Virus genome (UHGV): UHGV-0147800
DNA from: a virus
Reading direction: 5' to 3' (one strand)
Length of the DNA: 19,405 bases
Shown here: positions 14,017 to 19,405 of the stretch, in pieces
Layout: every line of letters begins with the position of its first letter
Numbering within the stretch: position 1 is the first letter of the stretch
Position numbers and translations under genes: made by a program
Notes under the pieces: model-generated
Told to the model about the DNA's origin: nothing
The model's database searches: none
The model's input: only the letters and a program-made list of their open reading frames with translations

Positions 14017-15893
14017 CTCCAAGTGAACTTAGCTACCTGCTTTGGGCGCAGGTTGACAGGGTGGCTCCACACCTGTTGCCAAACGGCAAGAAAGAGGGGC
14101 ATGAGTGGGTTGCCGGTAACGTCAACGGTGACAAGGGAAACAGCCTTAAGGTCAACCTTAGCGGCAAGAAAAAATGGGCTGATTTCGCTGAGGGAGACGG
14201 CGGTGACATGCTTGATTTATGGATGGCATGTCGTGGAATTAACCTGCATCAGGCTATGCAGGAAGCGAAAGCATTTCTCGGTATCAAGGATGACGATCAT
14301 CATTTCGATGCCAGACGTGAGAAGAAATTCTCCAGACCTGATCGCAAGAAAATAGCCCGCTACGTTACCAGAACAGAATCCCATCTTGAGTACCTGCAAT
14401 CGCGTGGCATATCGCCAGAAGTCGTAAAGCGCTACGAGGTTGTCAGCGGCAAGGTGTGGAATGGAGAACGAGAACTTGATGCACTGGTGCTTCCGTACAA
14501 ACGCGATGGTGAGTTGTTGCAGGTCAAGCGAATCAGCACTGAGCGCCCGGACGGGAAGAAAGTCATTATGGCAGAAGGTGATTGCGAACCTTGCCTGTTC
14601 GGATGGCAGGCTCTGGACGCTGGCGTGAGGGCGGTTGTGCTTTGTGAAGGCGAAATTGATTGTATGAGCTATGCGCAATACGGCATCTCGGCGTTATCCG
14701 TGCCGTTTGGTGGCGGGAAAGGCGCTAAGCAACAGTGGATTGAGTTTGAGTATCACAACCTCGACAGGTTTGAGGAAATATTCATCTCGATGGACGTTGA
14801 TGATGTTGGTCGTGAAGCCGCAAGGGAAATCGCAAGCCGACTCGGTGAACATCGTTGCCGTCTTGTTACTCTGCCGTACAAAGACATCAACGAATGCCTG
14901 ATGAACGGTGTTACCGAGGATGAAATCTGGCAGTACATCGGCACGGCATCCTACTTCGATCCTGAAGAACTCTACAGCGCGCGAGAGTTTTACCAGGACA
15001 CTATCAACGCTTTCTACGGCAAGCAGCAGTATCTGTTTAATCCACCGTGGGAATCTCTGGCAGATAAATTCCAGTTCCGTGAGGCAGAGTTGACGCTGGT
15101 CAATGGTGTGAACGGTCACGGAAAAACGGAGGTTGTCGGGCATATGGCACTTGAGGCAATGCGTCAGGGTGTGAAGACGTGCATCGCGTCACTTGAGCTG
15201 AAGCCTGGTATTCTCCTTAAGCGCCTTACCCGTCAGGCGACGTGCTGCAAGATGCCGCCAGTGCTGGAAATTGACTCTGCATTTAAATTTTATGACGAAA
15301 GACTTTGGGTGTTTGGCCTGACCGGAACGGCGAAAGCCGACAGGCTGATCGAAATATTCGACTACGCTCGCCGCCGATACGGGATCCAGTTATTCATCAT
15401 CGACAGCCTGATGAAATGTGGCATAGGCGACGATGACTATAACGGGCAGAAGGCGTTTGTTGACTCGATTTGCGACTTCAAAAACAAAACAAACTCCCAC
15501 GTCATTCTCGTTACTCACTCGCGAAAAGGAGACAGCGAAGAAAAACCAACCGGGAAAATGGACGTAAAAGGCTCTGGAGCGATAACAGACCTGACAGACA
15601 ACCTTTTCATCATCTGGCGTAACAAGGCTCGCGAGAGAGCGTTACAGAGAGTTCAGAGTGGTGAAAAGATGTCAGAGAAGGACGAACAGCTACTGGCGTC
15701 TCCTGCATCTGTTTTGATGCTTGAAAAACAACGTAACGGCGAAGGTTGGGAAGGTGGTGTCCCGTTGTTCCTTGACGAGCAATCGCACCAGTTCCTGCAA
15801 CTTGAATCAGGATCGCCATATAGCTACATCGCCAATATGCCGAAATCGGAATATGACGAGGCGTGGCGACAGGAAAACGTGACGGAGTATTAA
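14013..15893 (+). CDS. Bifunctional DNA primase/helicase (Toprim domain plus DnaB/RecA-like helicase domain)
   Basis: 626-aa ORF with SD GAGGGAA. N-terminal half has Toprim-like acidic motifs (LCEGEIDCMS, ISMDVDDVGRE). C-terminal half has Walker A (NGVNGHGKTE), Walker B-like (LFIIDSL) and an arginine-finger region. Occupies the position of lambda P. Confidence 0.8.
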   Translation: MTPSELSYLLWAQVDRVAPHLLPNGKKEGHEWVAGNVNGDKGNSLKVNLSGKKKWADFAEGDGGDMLDLWMACRGINLHQAMQEAKAFLGIKDDDHHFDARREKKFSRPDRKKIARYVTRTESHLEYLQSRGISPEVVKRYEVVSGKVWNGERELDALVLPYKRDGELLQVKRISTERPDGKKVIMAEGDCEPCLFGWQALDAGVRAVVLCEGEIDCMSYAQYGISALSVPFGGGKGAKQQWIEFEYHNLDRFEEIFISMDVDDVGREAAREIASRLGEHRCRLVTLPYKDINECLMNGVTEDEIWQYIGTASYFDPEELYSAREFYQDTINAFYGKQQYLFNPPWESLADKFQFREAELTLVNGVNGHGKTEVVGHMALEAMRQGVKTCIASLELKPGILLKRLTRQATCCKMPPVLEIDSAFKFYDERLWVFGLTGTAKADRLIEIFDYARRRYGIQLFIIDSLMKCGIGDDDYNGQKAFVDSICDFKNKTNSHVILVTHSRKGDSEEKPTGKMDVKGSGAITDLTDNLFIIWRNKARERALQRVQSGEKMSEKDEQLLASPASVLMLEKQRNGEGWEGGVPLFLDEQSHQFLQLESGSPYSYIANMPKSEYDEAWRQENVTEY

Positions 15894-15922
15894 ATGGCCA
15901 TCTACATCACTGAGCTAATAAC

Positions 15923-15955
15923 AGGCCTGCTGGTAATCGCAGGCCTTTTTATTTG
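15923..15955 (+). terminator. Intrinsic terminator (tR2-equivalent) after the replication genes
   Basis: Perfect 8-bp stem AGGCCTGC-TGGTAATC-GCAGGCCT followed by TTTTTATTT. Confidence 0.65.
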
Positions 15956-15982
15956 GGGGAGAGTAATTGGAGGATTTAAGAA

Positions 15983-16198
15983 ATGAGTACGATAGCTGAG
16001 CTTGTCAGGGCTAATGTTCGTGAAGAGTTGGCGCGTTGGTATCGGTATCGTTCATCGTCCAGTTTGCCGCTTGATGAGTTGTATGAGCATTCACCTGCCG
16101 CACGACGCTATCCGCGTGACCGTGTTCTTCGGCGGTTGTTCAGACTCAACAATGAGTTTCAGCGCAACAGAATAATCCGGAGTCTGGATTTAAAGTGA
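15983..16198 (+). CDS. Hypothetical protein (71 aa), Arg-rich
   Basis: ATG with SD GGAGGA 8 nt upstream. No recognisable motif. Confidence 0.55.
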   Translation: MSTIAELVRANVREELARWYRYRSSSSLPLDELYEHSPAARRYPRDRVLRRLFRLNNEFQRNRIIRSLDLK

Positions 16199-16208
16199 AG
16201 GAGTGAGC

Positions 16209-16391
16209 ATGAGCGAGCAAATATTCAGAGAGATTAAGCCACGGTTTTATCGCAAGGTAAGGGTAGTTTATCAGGACGAAAACAAGACCTGTGCATACGC
16301 CATTCATAATGGTCGGTGGTCAGTGTTCGACACCAAAAACTTCGAGAAGAACTTCGAGAGGATTAAGGGTGATGAGGAAACTAACATTTGA
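16209..16391 (+). CDS. Hypothetical protein (60 aa)
   Basis: ATG at 16209 preceded by AAGGAG. The track ORF starts 6 nt earlier at a GTG. Its 3' end overlaps the ninB start. Confidence 0.5.
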   Translation: MSEQIFREIKPRFYRKVRVVYQDENKTCAYAIHNGRWSVFDTKNFEKNFERIKGDEETNI

Positions 16392-16812
16392 ACTAAGAAG
16401 CCCCATCCATCAGCAGAACGCCATTCAAGCTATCCAGCAAATCCTTCCAGACCCAACCAAACCAATCGTAGTAAGCATTCAGGAACGCAACCGCAGCTTA
16501 GACCAGAATCGAAAGCTTTGGGCTTGCCTTGGTGACGTCTCTCGTCAGGTTGAATGGCATGGGCGCTGGCTGGATGCAGAAAGCTGGAAGTGTGTGTTTA
16601 CCGCAGCATTAAAGCAGCAGGACGTTGTTCCTAACCTTGCCGGGAATGGCTTTGTGGTAATAGGCCAGTCAACCAGCAGGATGCGTGTAAGCGAATTTGC
16701 GGAGCTATTAGAGCTTATACAGGCATTCGGTACAGAGCGTGGCGTTAAGTGGTCAGACGAAGCGCGACTGGCTCTCGAATGGAAAGCGCGATGGGGAGAC
16801 AGGGCGGCATGA
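16372..16812 (+). CDS. ninB: NinB (Orf-family recombination mediator)
   Basis: Internal ATG of the track ORF gives 146 aa [74 protein letters not shown]..., near-identical to recalled lambda NinB. Confidence 0.9.
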   Translation: MRKLTFELRSPIHQQNAIQAIQQILPDPTKPIVVSIQERNRSLDQNRKLWACLGDVSRQVEWHGRWLDAESWKCVFTAALKQQDVVPNLAGNGFVVIGQSTSRMRVSEFAELLELIQAFGTERGVKWSDEARLALEWKARWGDRAA

Positions 16813-16991
16813 GACGACAGCGACGAAGTTTCACCGACATAATCTGCGAAAACTGCAAATACCTTCCAACGAAACGCTCCAGAAATAAACCCAAGCCAAT
16901 CCCAAAAGAATCTGACGTAAAAACCTTCAACTACACGGCTCACCTGTGGGATATCCGGTGGCTAAGACATCGTGCGAGGAAAACAAGGTGA
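16809..16991 (+). CDS. ninE: NinE
   Basis: 60-aa product [60 protein letters not shown] matches recalled lambda NinE. ATG overlaps the ninB stop. Confidence 0.8.
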   Translation: MRRQRRSFTDIICENCKYLPTKRSRNKPKPIPKESDVKTFNYTAHLWDIRWLRHRARKTR

Positions 16992-17158
16992 TTGACCAAA
17001 ATCGAAGTTACGAACAAGAAAGCGTCGAGCGGGCTTTAACGTGCGCTAATTGCGGTCAGAAGCTGCATGTGCTGGAAGTTCACGTGTGTGAGCACTGCTG
17101 TGCAGAACTGATGAGCGATCCGAATAGCTCAATGTACGAGGAAGAAGACGATGAATGA
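16988..17158 (+). CDS. ninF: NinF
   Basis: Probable GTG start at 16988 giving (M)[55 protein letters not shown], which matches recalled lambda NinF. The track ORF starts at an upstream ATG (16946) inside ninE. Confidence 0.7.
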   Translation: MIDQNRSYEQESVERALTCANCGQKLHVLEVHVCEHCCAELMSDPNSSMYEEEDDE

Positions 17159-17873
17159 GTTAATAAATGGCAATGCCATCAAAATGACAAGCATTGAAAT
17201 CGCTGAGTTGGTGGGAAGTCGTCCAGATAACGTAAAAATATCAATAGAGCGCCTGGCTAAATCTGGAGTTATTCAACTTCCTGCATTGCAGGTTTTCGAA
17301 AGAATCAATAACTTAGGACTGCGCCGTAGTGTCGAGGCTTACGTCTTCGAAGGCGAACAAGGTAAGCGCGACAGCATTATTGTCGTCGCTCAGTTGTCGC
17401 CGGAATTCACCGCTCGTCTTGTTGACCGTTGGCGAGAGCTTGAAGACGCTGCGGTTAATATCCCCAAAACGCTACCAGAAGCGTTGCGCCTTGCTGCTGA
17501 TCTTGCTGAGCAGAAAATGCAACTGGAAAACCAGCTCGCAATTGCCGCACCTAAAGTTGAGTTTGCCGATCGCGTTGGCGAGGCCAGCGGAATTTTGATT
17601 GGAAACTTTGCAAAGGTTGTTGGAATTGGTCCAAACAAACTGTTTGCGTGGATGCGCGATCACAAAATCCTTATTGCTTCAGGTTCCCGGCGCAATGTGC
17701 CAATGCAGGAATATATGGATCGCGGCTATTTCACAGTGAAAGAAACAGCGGTCAACACAAATCACGGAATACAGATATCGTTCACCACAAAAATCACCGG
17801 GCGTGGTCAACAGTGGCTGACCAGAAAGCTGCTCGATAACGGAATGCTGAAAGTAACAGGGGAGGCTGCTTAA
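17151..17873 (+). CDS. Phage antirepressor-like protein (Rha/Ant N-terminal region with KilA-C-like C-terminus); possible Roi analogue
   Basis: 240-aa ORF overlapping the ninF stop. The N-terminal [35 protein letters not shown] resembles phage Rha/antirepressor DNA-binding regions. Position matches roi of HK022-type nin regions. Family call is from memory. Confidence 0.6.
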   Translation: MNELINGNAIKMTSIEIAELVGSRPDNVKISIERLAKSGVIQLPALQVFERINNLGLRRSVEAYVFEGEQGKRDSIIVVAQLSPEFTARLVDRWRELEDAAVNIPKTLPEALRLAADLAEQKMQLENQLAIAAPKVEFADRVGEASGILIGNFAKVVGIGPNKLFAWMRDHKILIASGSRRNVPMQEYMDRGYFTVKETAVNTNHGIQISFTTKITGRGQQWLTRKLLDNGMLKVTGEAA

Positions 17874-18163
17874 TGGCTAACCTACGCAAAGAAGCGCGCG
17901 GCAGAGAATGTCAGGTACGTATTTACGGCGTATGCAATGGCAATCCTGAAACTACAGTTCTGGCACATTACCGGATGGCTGGAATTTGCGGAACGGGAAT
18001 GAAACCTGACGACCTGATCGGCGCATGGGCTTGTAGTGACTGCCACGCGGAGATCGACCGACGCACAAGGATTCTCGACAACAAAGACGCCAGACTTTAC
18101 CACCTCGAAGGCGTGATCAGGACGCAGGCGATACTGCTGAAGGAGGGGAAGATTAAGTCATGA
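17873..18163 (+). CDS. YbcO-like DUF1364 protein (putative zinc-binding nuclease)
   Basis: 96-aa ORF with Cys/His pattern (C13, C21, C39, C54, C57, H58) and the ARGRECQVR...VLAHYR signature recalled for DLP12 YbcO-type proteins. Sits immediately upstream of rusA as in DLP12. Confidence 0.6.
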   Translation: MANLRKEARGRECQVRIYGVCNGNPETTVLAHYRMAGICGTGMKPDDLIGAWACSDCHAEIDRRTRILDNKDARLYHLEGVIRTQAILLKEGKIKS

Positions 18164-18537
18164 ACGAATATCAGTTTGTGCTTCCATACCCGCCGTCGGT
18201 GAACACCTACTGGCGAAGACGGGGAAGCACATATTTTGTATCAAAAGCCGGGGAGCGTTATCGCCGGGCAGTGGCGCTTATTGTTCGCCAGCAGCGGCTG
18301 AAATTAAGCCTGTCCGGAAGGTTGGCAATAAAAATTATTGCAGAACCACCGGATAAGCGCCGCCGTGACCTGGACAATATTCTGAAAGCGCCGCTGGATG
18401 CGCTGACGCATGCGGGGTTGCTAATGGACGATGAGCAGTTTGATGAAATCAATATCGTTCGTGCTCAGCCAGTATCTGGTGGACGTCTGGGGGTGAAGAT
18501 TTACCCCATAATGCTTGAAGGGCAGGTCAAAAAATGA
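18160..18537 (+). CDS. rusA: Holliday junction resolvase RusA
   Basis: 125-aa ORF containing the RusA signature region (PPDKRRRDLDNILKAPLDALTHAGLLMDDEQ). Start overlaps the upstream stop (ATGA). Confidence 0.85.
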   Translation: MNEYQFVLPYPPSVNTYWRRRGSTYFVSKAGERYRRAVALIVRQQRLKLSLSGRLAIKIIAEPPDKRRRDLDNILKAPLDALTHAGLLMDDEQFDEINIVRAQPVSGGRLGVKIYPIMLEGQVKK

Positions 18538-19355
18538 AACTGGAAGATTTACCGAAATACTACTCCCCAAAATCCCCCGGCCTGACTGATGCATCGGCCT
18601 CAACGTCGAAAGATGCGCTGAGTATCACTGATGTGATGGCCGCGCAGGGCATGACACAGAATCGGGCTGAGATGGGGTTTTCTGCGTTCCTTGGGAAAAT
18701 GGGCATTAGTATGAATGACAGAGAGCGGGCAACAGAATTGCTGACAGAATATGCACTCAGTCGGTGTGATCGCGTGGCGGCGTTAAGAAAACTCCCGGCA
18801 GAAATAAAACCGGTAGTGATGCGCATTATGGCTTCGTACGCTTTTGAGGATTATGCCCGCAGCGCAGCGAGTAAAAAGCAGTGCCCTTGTTGCTATGGGG
18901 AAAAATTTATTGAAAGCGTAGTTTTTACAAACAAGGTCCAGTATCCGGATGGTAAGCCGCCGGTATGGGCAAAGTGTACGAAAGGTGTGTATCCGTCTTA
19001 CTGGGAAGAATGGAAAAAAGTCAGGGAGGTGGTAAAAGTTGCCTGTCCGGAGTGTGGCGGAAAGGGTGAGGTTTCCACCGCCTGTAAGGATTGCCGTGGG
19101 CGTGGTGTCGCCATTCATCGTGAAGAGTCGGTAAAACGTGGTATGCCTGTTATCAGAGACTGCCAGCGTTGTGGTGGTCGTGGCTGTGAAAGACTACCAT
19201 CAACGGAGGCATTTAATGCCATATGCAAAGTGACGAGTGCTATCACGCTTGATACGTGGAAAAAATCAGTGAAACGCTTTTACGATACGTTGGTGGTTCG
19301 GTTTGACATTGAAGAGGCATGGGCGGAGCGGCAGTTAAAGAGGGTAACGCGATAG
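18534..19355 (+). CDS. Putative late-gene antiterminator (Q-like) with DnaJ-type CxxCxGxG zinc-finger repeats
   Basis: 273-aa ORF in the Q position (last gene after rusA, before a promoter-like sequence). Contains CPCCYGEK, CPECGGKG, CKDCRGRG and CQRCGGRG motifs. Family assignment is positional and not confirmed by homology. Confidence 0.5.
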   Translation: MKLEDLPKYYSPKSPGLTDASASTSKDALSITDVMAAQGMTQNRAEMGFSAFLGKMGISMNDRERATELLTEYALSRCDRVAALRKLPAEIKPVVMRIMASYAFEDYARSAASKKQCPCCYGEKFIESVVFTNKVQYPDGKPPVWAKCTKGVYPSYWEEWKKVREVVKVACPECGGKGEVSTACKDCRGRGVAIHREESVKRGMPVIRDCQRCGGRGCERLPSTEAFNAICKVTSAITLDTWKKSVKRFYDTLVVRFDIEEAWAERQLKRVTR

Positions 19356-19405
19356 TGTTGTTGATTTTTCCCGAATCTGTGGTAAATTTGCTCTAACGAT
19401 GGGCG
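19356..19405 (+). promoter_or_regulatory. Possible late promoter PR' region
   Basis: TTGATT (19361-19366), 16-bp spacer, TAAATT (19383-19388) immediately after the Q-like gene. The window ends before any qut site or terminator could be seen. Confidence 0.25.

Larger units (their letters stand above)
2804..19405. mobile_element. Lambdoid prophage (lambda/HK022-like), left part; extends beyond the right edge of the window
   Basis: Canonical lambdoid order attL-int-xis-early left operon-N-pL/oL-cI-oR-cro-cII-O-replication-nin-Q. Several proteins are near-identical to recalled lambda proteins (Xis, CIII, cII C-terminus, NinB, NinE, NinF). Confidence 0.92.

Noticed and set aside
14217-15143. Minus-strand ORFs of 153 and 149 aa antisense to the primase-helicase gene
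   Set aside because: They are antisense to a long ORF with coherent Toprim and helicase motifs, and no promoter or RBS evidence was seen.
1-19405. tRNA, rRNA or tmRNA genes, including as an integration target
   Set aside because: No cloverleaf-like or rRNA-like sequence was seen. The integration site sits immediately upstream of torS rather than in a tRNA gene.

Overview
The window holds the host sensor kinase gene torS (minus strand, 50..2794) followed by the left ~16.6 kb of a lambdoid (lambda/HK022-like) prophage inserted about 10 bp upstream of the torS start codon, and the prophage continues past the right edge. All calls are from reading the sequence and from recalled lambda protein and site sequences; nothing was searched against a database. 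Prophage order is: attL with a lambda-like P' arm, int, xis, a long leftward early operon (small accessory genes, a Sak4-like ATPase plus SSB-like partner in place of Red, kil, cIII, an N-like antiterminator that looks frameshifted), nutL and oL/pL, a two-gene cassette co-transcribed with cI, oR, cro, nutR, cII, O with ori iterons, a primase-helicase fusion in place of P, a tR2-like terminator, a nin region (ninB, ninE, ninF, antirepressor-like, YbcO-like, rusA) and a Q-like zinc-finger protein. The best candidate for an undescribed system is the cI-linked pair at 10503..11554: a soluble 144-aa protein translationally coupled to a 206-aa coiled-coil membrane-anchored protein, sitting in the slot that lambda uses for rexAB. 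Other points worth a second look are the apparent N frameshift, the displacement of the torS upstream region by phage DNA, and a 55-aa ORF upstream of xis that is bracketed by terminators.
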